A stretch of DNA of 64,000 bases from Planctomycetota bacterium (GCA_965248575.1 CBDFJQ010000002.1:2583574-2647573), one strand, 5' to 3'. Shown: positions 26,448 to 36,167, counted from the first letter of the stretch. Notes: a model not told the origin generated them from the letters alone. Made by a program: numbers and translations.

Positions 26448-28939
26448 TGCTGAACCGGGTCCTTGTCGCCTCCGCAGTCGGGCTGATCGCCATGGCCTGC
26501 AGCGATGCTCCTGAGCCAGCGCCTGCCTGGAGAGCTCCTGTGCGCTTGGCGAAGGACATCGTGGCAGAGCGCTCACCGGTCGTGCTGCGCCTGGCTGGGC
26601 CAGGGCTGGCGGAGCTCGAGTGGTTGGACGCCGAGACAGGCGCGTTGCAGCGTGCCGGGTCGCCCAGCGCCACCAGTCAGCAGCACCTGCTGCATCTCTT
26701 CGAGCTGGGGGCCGGCGATTCGGTGTCCGTTCGCGCCCGCTTGGCCATGGCTGAAGAGCTGCGCAGCGCGGAGGCATGCAAGGGCTTGCAGCTGGTGCGC
26801 CTGGCCGTGCTCGCGGAGGGCGGCGACGAACAGCACAGCCTCGACGCCTATCGCCTGGCTGGCGGGCTGCCACACCCCTCCGGCCGACGGGAACCCCTGG
26901 GCAAGGCGGCCTTGCGTGTCTCATCAGCAGGGCAACCCACCTCCTTCGCACGCTGGGCCTCGCCGCCCGCCGCCGATGGCTTCGCCGGCGCCCGCATCGT
27001 GTTGCCGGTCCATGAACAGCGCACCCTGTGGGCGGCCCTGCTTGCGGCCCCATCGGGCGCGGGTGAGCTCGAGCTGAATCAGTTGGAGGTGGTGCGCAAG
27101 CCGCTCTTCGAACGACTCGAGGACGGGCTGCAAGTCCCGGAGGGCTGGGCCACCACGGCCACGGCCGTGTGGTCCGAGTTGAAAGTAGGCAGCGAGGTTC
27201 GGGTGAGCCTCGTGGTCCCGCCGGGGGTGCCCGTGGCCTTGCCCGTGCCTCGCCCCGCGCCCGCCAGCCTGGAAGCTGCCGAACGCCTCAGCATGGGTGT
27301 GTGCGTCGCTCCCGGACAGACGCTCGGGGCCGTGGCTCGCTGGCGCGTCAGCCTCCGACGGGGTGCACCCCCCGAAGCCGTGCTGCTGGCCTCGGGCGAG
27401 CTGGTCGTCAGCGAGCGCGAACCCCTGCGCATCCATTTCCAGGACGTGGATCTGCCGCTGCCCGCCGCAGCCGGGTCAGCGGCCAGCCCGTGGACGGCGG
27501 GGGCGCCCCAGGACCAGCTGCTGTTCGAAGTACAGGGTGAGGCAAGGGTCGCCTTCGGAGCACCAGTCTTGCTGACCCCGGCACCGGCTCAGCGCCCACC
27601 GAACCTCTTGCTCGTCTCGCTCGACACCCTGCGTGCCGACCGCCTCTCGTGCTACGGCTACGAGCGACCGACGAGCCCCCGGCTGGATGCCTTCGCGTCC
27701 CAGGCCATTCGCTTTGAAGACGCCCAGAGCGTCGCGCCCTACACCCTGCCGTCCCAGGTGTCCCTGCTCACGGGCCTGTTGCCGCTCAGCCACGGCGTCA
27801 ACGATTCGGGGACGGACCGCCTCGATGCCGTGGCCGTTCCCTACCTGCCCAAGCTGCTGGCGGATTCGGGCTGGCTCACCGCCGCATTCACGGGCGGTGG
27901 CTATGTGTCTGCCGACTACGGCTTCGCGTCTGGCTTTGATCGCTTCTCGAGCATCGACCCCTTTCTTGCCGTGCCAGCGGTCCAGGCGCACTCGGGCACT
28001 GGAGCCGTCGGAAGTTGGATCGGACGACACGCCGACGTGCCCTGGTTCCTCTTCCTGCACACCTTCGCCACCCACGATTACCGCCCCGAGGCCGAGGACT
28101 TCGAGCTCTTCGACACGCGCACGACCGACCGACCGCTGACCTTCTTCCCGGGGCCGGACGGCCGCAAGGACCTGGCCCCCAGCCCCGAACAGCTGGAGGA
28201 CATGAACAACCTCTATGACGCCTCCATCCGTTCCGCCGACCGCACCATGGGTCGCTTGCTGGGGGGGCTCGAGCAGCAGGGCCTGCTGGACAACACGATC
28301 GTTGTGATCACCAGCGACCACGGTGAGGAGTTCGGCGAGCACGGCGGCATGCGTCACGCCCGCAACCTGCACCGGGAGATGCTGCACGTGCCGCTGATCG
28401 TGCGCCTGCCGAAGCCCGCAGGCTCGGAGAAGCGCACACCAGGGCGGGTGATCCGCGAGGTGGTCAGCACGACGGACCTCTACCCGACCCTCTTGGAGTT
28501 GCTGGGGGTGCCGCAACCCATCCAGGTCGATGGGCGCTCCCTCGCGTCGCTGCTGGCTCCGGAGGGTCTGCCGGGAGTCCCTCGCGATGCGAACGACGAC
28601 ACACCGGCTGAGCGCCCAGCGCCGATCCTGCTGGGCCATATCGACACGCACACCTCCCGTCGCTCCTCGCTGCAGGTGGGCGCACTCAAGGTCATTCGCG
28701 GTGACACTTCCAGTGCTGTCGAGTTTCCGGCGGCGTCGCCCTGGCAACTGTTCAATGTGCGCGACGACCCCGCTGAGCAACACGACCTGGCTCAACGGCA
28801 GAAAGAGGACCTGGACACGCTTCGCCAGCACCTGGAAACCCTCGAGGCTGGCCTGCGATCCCGGGCAGCGCCCGCATCCCTGGGGGCGTTGGACGAAGCC
28901 GTGCTCGAGCAGTTGCGTGCCCTGGGTTACGTCCGCTGA
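26447..28939 (+). CDS. Lipoprotein, sulfatase-fold protein with Thr nucleophile position (paralog 2) with ~380-aa N-terminal domain
   Basis: Its ATG overlaps the glcF stop. The lipobox is LIAMAC|S. It has LLVSLDTLRADRLSCYGY and APYTLPSQVSLLTG (T-x-P-S-Q instead of C-x-P-x-R), plus ITSDHGEEFGEHG. Confidence 0.75.
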   Translation: MLNRVLVASAVGLIAMACSDAPEPAPAWRAPVRLAKDIVAERSPVVLRLAGPGLAELEWLDAETGALQRAGSPSATSQQHLLHLFELGAGDSVSVRARLAMAEELRSAEACKGLQLVRLAVLAEGGDEQHSLDAYRLAGGLPHPSGRREPLGKAALRVSSAGQPTSFARWASPPAADGFAGARIVLPVHEQRTLWAALLAAPSGAGELELNQLEVVRKPLFERLEDGLQVPEGWATTATAVWSELKVGSEVRVSLVVPPGVPVALPVPRPAPASLEAAERLSMGVCVAPGQTLGAVARWRVSLRRGAPPEAVLLASGELVVSEREPLRIHFQDVDLPLPAAAGSAASPWTAGAPQDQLLFEVQGEARVAFGAPVLLTPAPAQRPPNLLLVSLDTLRADRLSCYGYERPTSPRLDAFASQAIRFEDAQSVAPYTLPSQVSLLTGLLPLSHGVNDSGTDRLDAVAVPYLPKLLADSGWLTAAFTGGGYVSADYGFASGFDRFSSIDPFLAVPAVQAHSGTGAVGSWIGRHADVPWFLFLHTFATHDYRPEAEDFELFDTRTTDRPLTFFPGPDGRKDLAPSPEQLEDMNNLYDASIRSADRTMGRLLGGLEQQGLLDNTIVVITSDHGEEFGEHGGMRHARNLHREMLHVPLIVRLPKPAGSEKRTPGRVIREVVSTTDLYPTLLELLGVPQPIQVDGRSLASLLAPEGLPGVPRDANDDTPAERPAPILLGHIDTHTSRRSSLQVGALKVIRGDTSSAVEFPAASPWQLFNVRDDPAEQHDLAQRQKEDLDTLRQHLETLEAGLRSRAAPASLGALDEAVLEQLRALGYVR

Positions 28940-28978
28940 GGTGCCGCACGCGCGGCGCTGCAGCGAGCCGCGCTCAGC

Positions 28979-30346
28979 TCAACCATCCTGCGGAAGGACA
29001 TCCGAGGCGGGGGCCGATTCGGCGAGCAGCTCCTCGATGATGGCCTCGAAGGAGGCGCGCAAGACGGCATGGGCTTCGCCGGTCGCCGGGCCCGAGAAGC
29101 CCTGATAGACAGCACGGATGCCGCCATCGGCATGCAGGAAGATGGTCGTGGGGTAGGAGCGCACCTGATCCAGCAACGGAAAGCGCTTGGACGCCTCGGC
29201 CTTGTCCGAGAGCCCCGCCACCAGCAGCGGGTAGCTCACACCGTGCCGCTCGGCGTAAGCCAAGACGTGTTCGGCGTCTCGCCGAAAGTCGCCCGTCACC
29301 TCGAAGGCGAGGCCCAGCACGGAGAGCCCCTGGGGGCCGTAGCGTTCGTTCAACTCCACCATGTACTCGCTGGCGTCATGGCAGTTGGGGCACCAGCTCC
29401 CAAAGACCTGAAGGATGCGCGCTCGACCGGCAAAGGCCGGGTCGTCGAGAGTCCGCACGACACCCGTGACATCCGGGTAGTGCAAATCCGCCAAGGGAGC
29501 CGCCCCCGTCCACTGGGTCAGCTGGAAGCCATCCGGCAGTCGGATGCCCTCGTCGCGCGTAGCCGTCCAGCTCTCGTGCCAGACATCCCGGGACCAGAAA
29601 TCTCCGAGCAGGCTGCCGTCGTCCTGAAGGCGGGCCTCGAACAGGAAGGCGTGCGCACCGTCGAAGCACGACAGGCGGTAGACACCCTCGTCCAGCCCCC
29701 CTGCCAGGTAGCGGTAGTCACCCGTGGTGGTCAGGAAGGTGCCGCGCAAGCTGAGGCCGGTCTGCTCGAAGAGCCCCACGGCAGGCTGGGAGTCGCTTTC
29801 GAACGCTACTCGCCAACGGCCGGAGACATCGGCTGGCGGCACCTCCTCAGGATCTTCCAGCACGTCGACGGGCGCTGCCGGAGGGTGTGCTCGAAACACG
29901 AGCCGCGCAAAATCGTCTCGGCCCGTGCGCTTGGTCCACATGCCATCCAGGCGTAGGGCACCATCCACCTCGTGCAGGCTGGCCCCGATCCGGGAGTCGT
30001 AATGGGTGATCTCCAGGGTCAGACGGCGCCCTTCCCAGCGCACCACCGGGACGGCGATGCGCTCCTCGCCGTTGACGAACCAGGCACTCCAGCCATCCGC
30101 TCCCTGTTCCAGGGCCAGGCCGAAGGGCAGCGGGCCGCCAGGGCTCTGCAACTCCGCTGACCACAGACCGGGGGGCAGTTCAGGCGACGACATCGGAGTC
30201 TGCTCCTGGGTCTGTACTTGGGGCTGTCGTGGGGAAGGCTCCCGCGAGTGCGCCAAGGCGGGCGTCCGGGCCTGGATCGGTGCCATGACAGCGACCAAGG
30301 CGAGGCTCGCCAGGGTCAGAACACTGCGCGGCAGGCGTCGGCTCAA
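28979..30346 (-). CDS. TlpA-like thiol:disulfide oxidoreductase (redoxin) with large N-terminal domain
   Basis: It has a thioredoxin-fold CxxC in VFGSWCPNCHD. The proposed TTG start gives MSRRLPRSVLTLASLALVAVMAPIQA, a clean signal peptide. This TTG overlaps the TGA of the upstream anti-sigma gene (cTTGAg). The annotated ATG at 30436 would overlap the anti-sigma gene by 94 nt. Confidence 0.6.
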   Translation of the reverse strand: MSRRLPRSVLTLASLALVAVMAPIQARTPALAHSREPSPRQPQVQTQEQTPMSSPELPPGLWSAELQSPGGPLPFGLALEQGADGWSAWFVNGEERIAVPVVRWEGRRLTLEITHYDSRIGASLHEVDGALRLDGMWTKRTGRDDFARLVFRAHPPAAPVDVLEDPEEVPPADVSGRWRVAFESDSQPAVGLFEQTGLSLRGTFLTTTGDYRYLAGGLDEGVYRLSCFDGAHAFLFEARLQDDGSLLGDFWSRDVWHESWTATRDEGIRLPDGFQLTQWTGAAPLADLHYPDVTGVVRTLDDPAFAGRARILQVFGSWCPNCHDASEYMVELNERYGPQGLSVLGLAFEVTGDFRRDAEHVLAYAERHGVSYPLLVAGLSDKAEASKRFPLLDQVRSYPTTIFLHADGGIRAVYQGFSGPATGEAHAVLRASFEAIIEELLAESAPASDVLPQDG

Positions 30347-30600
30347 GAGAGCTTCTTCCGAGCCTCGAGAATCGCCTTCAGGAGAGCTTGTGGCACCTCC
30401 TCGGGAACGTCTTGGTCGTCTCCGCCACTGCGGCACGCCCGCTGCGCCAGCTCCACCGTCTGCTTGTAGGAATCCAGATAGCCCTCGCAGGGCGGGCAGA
30501 GGGCCATGTGCTGCTCGAAGACGTCGACGACGTCCTGGGCCAGCTCCCCATCGAGGTAGGCCATCAGGAAGTCGATGAACTCCTTGCAGGTCATGTTCAC
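30343..30600 (-). CDS. Zinc-finger (zf-HC2) anti-sigma factor, RsrA/ChrR-like
   Basis: 85 aa. The HxxxCxxC motif is in HMALCPPCEGY, with an upstream Cys at CKEFIDFL. Its ATG overlaps the stop of the ECF sigma gene (ATGA). Confidence 0.8.
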   Translation of the reverse strand: MNMTCKEFIDFLMAYLDGELAQDVVDVFEQHMALCPPCEGYLDSYKQTVELAQRACRSGGDDQDVPEEVPQALLKAILEARKKLS

Positions 30601-31214
30601 GACCCGGCCCCCTGCATGTGCGGATCGAGGATTTCCCGCAGCGCCAGGCGCGCGCGGTGCAATCGGGTCTTGGTGGCGTTCACGCTGATGTCCAGGAGTT
30701 CTGCCGTCTGTGCCGTGTCGAGCTGTTCGATGTCACGTAGGAGCAACACGTTTCGGTAGTTCTCGGGAAGGCGCTCGATCCCGTCGCGCACGGCCTGCCG
30801 CAACTCCTCCCGCATGACCACATCCTCGCCCCGCTCGGTCCAGGGCTCCCCCACGTCCACGCGGTGGCCATCCTCGATGTAGCGAGGCATGAGGTCTTCG
30901 ATGGCCACCTCTTTCTGCCGGCTCTTCTTGCGCAGCCGCATGAGCGCCGCGTTGACGGTGATGCGATGCAACCAGGTGGAGAGCTTGGAGCCCCCTTCGA
31001 AGCGTTCGATGTTCTTGAAAGCCTGGATGAAGGCTTCCTGGACTACATCTTCGGACTCGTCTTCGGTGCGCATGAAGCGCCGGGCGACCGCCAGCATGCG
31101 GCCGCCCAGCTCCTGGATCATGCGGACGTACGCGCTCTCCTCACCTCGCTGGAGGGCCGCCACCAGGGCGCGTTCTTCTGATGCACTGTTGGGGGCGCTC
31201 TCGGAGGCCGCCAT
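30597..31214 (-). CDS. RNA polymerase ECF (sigma-70 group 4) sigma factor
   Basis: 205 aa. Region 2 is EDVVQEAFIQAFKNIERF and region 4 is ...LLLRDIEQLDTAQTAELLDISVNATKTRLHRAR. Confidence 0.88.
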   Translation of the reverse strand: MAASESAPNSASEERALVAALQRGEESAYVRMIQELGGRMLAVARRFMRTEDESEDVVQEAFIQAFKNIERFEGGSKLSTWLHRITVNAALMRLRKKSRQKEVAIEDLMPRYIEDGHRVDVGEPWTERGEDVVMREELRQAVRDGIERLPENYRNVLLLRDIEQLDTAQTAELLDISVNATKTRLHRARLALREILDPHMQGAGS

Positions 31215-31256
31215 CAGGAATCCAGCCGTGAAGGCATCGCCGTTGGCAGGAGATCC

Positions 31257-33332
31257 TCAGGCATCCGGCGTCTCACCATCCAACCAACTCTGAAAGGACT
31301 CGAAGCCGTAATCCCGGCCCAGAAAGTCCTTCACGAGTTCTGCGGCGGGCAGGCTTCCACCCGGCTCGAGCACCTTCTGGCGGTACTCACGGGCCGTCTT
31401 GACGTTCGACACGCCTTCCTGCTGGAAGCGGCTGAACATGTCCTTGGCGATCACCTCGGACCACTTGTAGGTGTAGTAGATGGCCGAGTAGCCGTTGAGG
31501 TGGCCGAAGTTGCACTGGAAGTGCGCGCCGTCCACGTAGGCGAAGGGGCTGTACTTGGCCTGCAGCTCCTGAACCAGAGCGGTCGTGTCGAGGCCGTCGA
31601 CATCGCGGCTGTAGCAGTTGAACGAGAGCGCCGCGTAGAACGCTTGCTGCGCCGTCCCGACACCCTTGCCGAAGTCTTCAGCGGCACGGATCTTCGCGAT
31701 CAGCGCTTCGGGAATGGGCTCGCCCGTCTCGTAGTGCTTGGCGAAGGACTGCAAGGTCTTGGCGTCATAGAGCCACTCCTCCAGCATCTGCGACGGGGCT
31801 TCGACGAAGTCCCACTCGGTGCTGATGCCGGTGTTCATGGTCCAGCGACGATGGCCAGCAAAGATGGTGTGCAGCAGGTGACCGAACTCGTGGAAGAAGG
31901 TCGACACCTGGCCGAACTCCATCAGGGCCACACCGTCGGCGCTGTCCTTGGGGTTGGGGAAGTTGCAGACCAGGCTCGCCATGGGCAGGCGCTGACCCTT
32001 GACACCAGAGCGGTAGTCAAACTGCGCCGCGTGGCCGTACTTGTTGGGCCGCGGGTGCATGTCCAGGAAGAAGCGGCCCAGCTGCTCGTCCCCGTCGAAG
32101 ACGTCCCAGGCGCTCACGTCCTCATGCCACAGCTCCAGCCCTTCCACGGCTTCGTAGCGGATGCCGAAAAGATGCCCGGTCACATCGAAGATGCCCGCGC
32201 GCACGTTCTCGTACTCGAAGTAGGGACGGGCCGCCTGGCTGTCGAAGTCGTACTTCTGCGAGCGCACCTTCTCGGAGTAATAACCCTTCTCCCAGTCGGC
32301 GACGTCCTTCGCGGCGGGGAAATCCTGGCGCTTGGCTGCCACCAGCAGCGCGTAGTCGCTCTCGGCAGCCTTGCGGCTCACCTTGGCGATGCGGTTGATG
32401 AAGGCTTCGGCCTTCTCGGGCGAGCCCACCATCTTGTCCTCGGTGACATAGGCGGCCCAGTTGGCGTAACCCAGCAGCTTGGCCTTCTCGTCGCGCTTGG
32501 CGATGAGGGTCTCCAGGACCTCGACGTTGTCGGGGTAACCGCGGTTGGTGTACTCCAGGTAGAACGCCTTCCGGCGCTCCGGCGACTTGGAGTACGTCAT
32601 GAAGGGGATGTAGTCGGGGTAGGTCGTGTTGATGTGGATCTTGCCGTCATCCTGCACGGGGTGCGCGGCGATGTAGTCCGCCGGTAGGCCCTCCAGCTCG
32701 TCCGCGCTGTCCAGCAGGATCTCGCGCACGTCCTCGTTGATGTTGCGGGAGAACTTCTGCCCCAGCTCCACGAGCTCGTTGTTGAGCGCTGAGATACGAC
32801 CCTGGACTGCGTCCGACTTGTCCACGCCCGCGCGACGGTAGTCGTCGAGCTCTTTCTCCACGGCGAAGCGCGTGGCGGCGTCCTCGCCCGAGGCGTCGAT
32901 GGCCGCGATGGCCTCGTACAGATCCCGGTCCAGACTCAGCTCCGTGTAGAAGGCGGAGATGGACTGACTGCCAGCAGCTGCCACCTCACGCACTTCGGCA
33001 TCGGGATGCACCTCCTCGAACAGGTTGTTCTCGCTGGAGGCCGCATCGGTGTGCATATAGAGTTGGTTCAACAGCTCGAGGGTGTTCGCCACCGTACGCG
33101 GCCCCTCGACGGCGAGAATGGCTTCGCGCACGACGCGCGCGGCGGCCAGATGCTCGGTCGTGTCCGCCTTCAGCTGCTCGGCGGTGCGGTTGATCGGCAC
33201 GTTCCCCAGCGCCCAGGTGTCTGGGTCGGAGGCTGCATCACCGCAACCACACAGGGAAGAGCAGGCTGCTGTCAGCGAGCCAAGGCAGACGGCCGCAGCC
33301 AGGGCGACAGTGGACAGGGAGACGCGGAACAT
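31257..33332 (-). CDS. M3-family zinc metallo-oligopeptidase (thimet oligopeptidase / Dcp-like), lipoprotein
   Basis: 691 aa. The HEFGH zinc motif is in FFHEFGHLLH, and the downstream Glu ligand lies in the FVEAPSQMLEEW context. The signal peptide has the LTAAC lipobox. Confidence 0.85.
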   Translation of the reverse strand: MFRVSLSTVALAAAVCLGSLTAACSSLCGCGDAASDPDTWALGNVPINRTAEQLKADTTEHLAAARVVREAILAVEGPRTVANTLELLNQLYMHTDAASSENNLFEEVHPDAEVREVAAAGSQSISAFYTELSLDRDLYEAIAAIDASGEDAATRFAVEKELDDYRRAGVDKSDAVQGRISALNNELVELGQKFSRNINEDVREILLDSADELEGLPADYIAAHPVQDDGKIHINTTYPDYIPFMTYSKSPERRKAFYLEYTNRGYPDNVEVLETLIAKRDEKAKLLGYANWAAYVTEDKMVGSPEKAEAFINRIAKVSRKAAESDYALLVAAKRQDFPAAKDVADWEKGYYSEKVRSQKYDFDSQAARPYFEYENVRAGIFDVTGHLFGIRYEAVEGLELWHEDVSAWDVFDGDEQLGRFFLDMHPRPNKYGHAAQFDYRSGVKGQRLPMASLVCNFPNPKDSADGVALMEFGQVSTFFHEFGHLLHTIFAGHRRWTMNTGISTEWDFVEAPSQMLEEWLYDAKTLQSFAKHYETGEPIPEALIAKIRAAEDFGKGVGTAQQAFYAALSFNCYSRDVDGLDTTALVQELQAKYSPFAYVDGAHFQCNFGHLNGYSAIYYTYKWSEVIAKDMFSRFQQEGVSNVKTAREYRQKVLEPGGSLPAAELVKDFLGRDYGFESFQSWLDGETPDA

Positions 33333-33400
33333 GGGTCGAACCTCTCTCGGGCTGGGAAGCGAGAGAGGTTAGCCGAAGCCCCTGGGCCCAGGAAAGCGGC

Positions 33401-34219
33401 CTATTCCCGACGCAGGCTGAGACCGCCCGAGGAGCGCAGCTCGATCAGATAGCTGCTTCCTGGACGCAGCTCGACGAAGGGTGCCTCGCCGTGGATGGCG
33501 CGCACACCGATGGCAGCCGCCTGCTCCGGGTCATTGGCATAATCCCAGAATCGTAACCAGAGGCGGCTGACGAGCTCCGGTGCCTGGTCGTCGGAGTAGG
33601 GCTGCGGCCGTTCCCCCACGCGATCGAGGGGGAAACCCTGCTCGGGGCTTTGCGTCTCGGAGAACAAACGCCGGAAGAAACAGATGGAGGAACCGCGCCA
33701 GACGTCCCCGCGCTCCACATAGTCATCGCTGAACTTGATGACCAGGGATTCGATGTAGGCCACCTTGCCCGGAAGCGTGTATTCCACGCTTTCGCCCAAC
33801 AGATTGCCTTCGGGGTCCAGCTCCTCAAAGCGCACGCGTGTTTCATATTGACCTCCGGGCAACTGTCGCTGCTCCAGGACCGTCAAGCGTGCAATGCGAT
33901 GGTCGATCTTGAGCAGATGCAGAGCGGTGTCGAGTTCCTCGATCTGGGCGTCACGCTCCTCCACATCGACCACCAGCTTCACGATGCGCCGATCCCTTTG
34001 CGCGACATCTTGCTTGAGGCCGCCGATGTGCTCGTCCTGTTCTTGCACCTTTCCGTTGAGATCCTTGATGAGCGAATCGCGCTCAGCAACTTCCGCGCGG
34101 TGCCCATCCAGGAGATTGCCGGCCGTGTTGTAGCCCACCCAACCCAGGCCCACCAAAGCGGCCAGGACCACGGTCCTCAGGAGATAGTTCACTCGTCCGA
34201 CTCCCTTGGCTTGTGTGCT
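33401..34219 (-). CDS. Membrane-anchored coiled-coil protein, hypothetical
   Basis: The start was placed at MSTQAKGVGRVNYLLRTVVLAALVGLGWVGY (a TM anchor). A heptad-like region follows (IKDLNGKVQEQDEHIGGLKQDVAQRDRRIVKLVVDVEERDAQIEELD). The Arg/Lys-rich N-terminal extension in the 325-aa ORF overlaps the upstream gene and was judged non-coding. Confidence 0.5.
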   Translation of the reverse strand, partial: STQAKGVGRVNYLLRTVVLAALVGLGWVGYNTAGNLLDGHRAEVAERDSLIKDLNGKVQEQDEHIGGLKQDVAQRDRRIVKLVVDVEERDAQIEELDTALHLLKIDHRIARLTVLEQRQLPGGQYETRVRFEELDPEGNLLGESVEYTLPGKVAYIESLVIKFSDDYVERGDVWRGSSICFFRRLFSETQSPEQGFPLDRVGERPQPYSDDQAPELVSRLWLRFWDYANDPEQAAAIGVRAIHGEAPFVELRPGSSYLIELRSSGGLSLRRE

Positions 34220-34244
34220 CATCTCGATGTTCCCGGGGCCGCGC

Positions 34245-36167
34245 TCAGCCGTCATCCTCGGTGCCGTCCTCGGCAGCCGCTTCGGCTTCCGCTGCAGCCT
34301 TGGCGGCCTTCTTCTTGGCTTTTTTCTTCTTCTTTTCCTCGTCGTCCTTGTCGTCGCCGAAAAGGCCTCCCAAGGCATCGCCGATCTTGTCGTCCAGCTC
34401 GTCCTTCACCTCGTCGAGCTTCTCGTCCTTCTTGGCCTCCAACTCGGCCTTCTTCTTGTCGACCTCGGCGGTCAGCTCTGCCTTGACTCCAGCCAACAGG
34501 GCGTCGGCCATGGCGTCGTCATCGAAGCTGATGCGCGGGTTGTCCAGAGGGCCTCGCAGGCCAAAGGGCAGGGTCAGCCCGTCCAGCTTCCGGGCACCGG
34601 AAGGCAGGGCGACGGTGACACCGTGCAGGGTGACGTCCAGGGGCAGATCCAGCTCACCGACACGGCCGCCGATCCACGTCCCGTTCAACGAGAAGTCCAA
34701 GGTCCCCTTCGAGAGCGCTGGTTTGCCGTCCACCTGCAGCGAACCAGCCACCGTCTCGGAGGCCACACCCTTCAGGATGAACTTCAGCGTGTTGTCGGCG
34801 GGCTCTGCAGAAGCCCCGCCGAGGCCCACATCCACATCCAGACGCCCGCTCTGGGCCACGATGCTCATGCGAGCCGGTTGGTCCACCAGGGAGGGTTGCG
34901 TGGACACATTCGCAAGGCGGATGTCGAGCAACTCGCCCGGCATCTGCTCACTTCGCACGCCCCCCGCGATGATCTCACGGATCAACAAGGTGGGCGCATC
35001 CGTGAGCAGGTGGCGCGCACTGACGGCGGCATAGCCCTTGGCGGCCACCTCACGAGCCAGCCGCTCTTCGAAACTCTCTTCCGTTTCTTGCTCAACGCCC
35101 TCACCCGAGCTCAGGGTGTCGAGCCACTCCCGCACCTGCGCCAGACGATTCTTCCAGAGCTCGGCGTCGGCCAGGTAGTCCTCGAGGCTCTTGGAGTCAC
35201 CCTGAGCGACCTCCTCGGCCGTCGGACCCAGGTCGGGCTCCGGGGCCGGGCCCACGAGGCTTCCCGGCGAGGTACGGCGGGCGCCTGTGGCTCCGTCCAC
35301 GATCACGAGACGGTCGATGCTCAGCTTGCGACGCAGCAGGTCTTCCGTCCCCAGGTCCGCCTCCAGGCTGAGCGCGCGAAACAGATCCGTGCCGAGGGCA
35401 TTGGGGTCGGCCATGGCCAGGCCGGAAACGCTCAGTGTTCCGGCCGCGAGGTCCAGGTCCACCGCGTCCACATCCACGGTAGCGCCATTCCACGTCTCGA
35501 GACCGCTCTTGGCCGCGCCACCCAGGAAGGGACCACTCATCAGGGTCGGCGCAAGGAAGAGGACGCCGAGCAAGACCACCACGACCACCACACCGGCCAG
35601 GCGAATGGGCGAACTGTGTTTCTGGGACGCAACATCCGAGTAGGTCTTCTTGCCGTGGCCGCTGCCCACCAGGACCCAGAGCAAGGAACGCGACCACCAG
35701 GTGGTCGAGACCTTGGTGAACTTCTCGCTCTTCTCTTCCACCTTCGCCATGCGAGTTCGGAAGGCCGACAAGGTCTTGCTCAGGAAGCCGCCCACCACAA
35801 GGCCGGTCACGAGGCCGAGCACGAGGCCGCCCGTCGTGGCGTAGTACTCCAGACCGAACCACGCCAGGACCGGAGCGTTGACGGCACTCCTGAACAGCCC
35901 CTCCGAGGGACCTTCGAGCAGCACACGCCCGATGGAGAAGGACACGGGCATGGCCAGCAAGGCCAACAGCTTGGCGAAGCCCGCCACCAGCAGGCACAAA
36001 CCGATGTTCGCGTTCAGCACCAGCAGCAAGAGGACGTAGGCCACCAAGAGGCCGCCGGAGGTCGAGAAGCTGGGGACGAAGCCAATCAGCGCCCCCAACA
36101 AACACGCCAGGAAGACCTGCAGTGGGGTGGCCTTGCCTCGCAGCAGGCCGACGATGTCGCGAATCAT
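34245..36167 (-). CDS. Membrane protein: DUF2062/TIGR03546-like N-terminal domain fused to a large extracytoplasmic domain; C-terminal poly-Lys/Glu tail
   Basis: The start was placed at MIRDIVGLLRGKATPLQVFLACLLGALIGFVP, which is DUF2062-like (my recollection of the family, not verified). The ~450-aa body is of unknown function. The C-terminus is ...DDKDDEEKKKKKAKKKAAKAAAEAEAAAEDGTEDDG. The antisense 764-aa ORF was rejected. Confidence 0.5.
   Translation of the reverse strand: MIRDIVGLLRGKATPLQVFLACLLGALIGFVPSFSTSGGLLVAYVLLLLVLNANIGLCLLVAGFAKLLALLAMPVSFSIGRVLLEGPSEGLFRSAVNAPVLAWFGLEYYATTGGLVLGLVTGLVVGGFLSKTLSAFRTRMAKVEEKSEKFTKVSTTWWSRSLLWVLVGSGHGKKTYSDVASQKHSSPIRLAGVVVVVVLLGVLFLAPTLMSGPFLGGAAKSGLETWNGATVDVDAVDLDLAAGTLSVSGLAMADPNALGTDLFRALSLEADLGTEDLLRRKLSIDRLVIVDGATGARRTSPGSLVGPAPEPDLGPTAEEVAQGDSKSLEDYLADAELWKNRLAQVREWLDTLSSGEGVEQETEESFEERLAREVAAKGYAAVSARHLLTDAPTLLIREIIAGGVRSEQMPGELLDIRLANVSTQPSLVDQPARMSIVAQSGRLDVDVGLGGASAEPADNTLKFILKGVASETVAGSLQVDGKPALSKGTLDFSLNGTWIGGRVGELDLPLDVTLHGVTVALPSGARKLDGLTLPFGLRGPLDNPRISFDDDAMADALLAGVKAELTAEVDKKKAELEAKKDEKLDEVKDELDDKIGDALGGLFGDDKDDEEKKKKKAKKKAAKAAAEAEAAAEDGTEDDG

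Noticed and set aside
30347-30436. N-terminal 31 codons of the annotated redoxin ORF (ATG at 30436)
   Set aside because: It would overlap the anti-sigma gene by 94 nt in another frame. An in-frame TTG at 30344-30346 gives a canonical signal peptide and a 2-nt stop/start overlap, so the upstream extension was judged non-coding.
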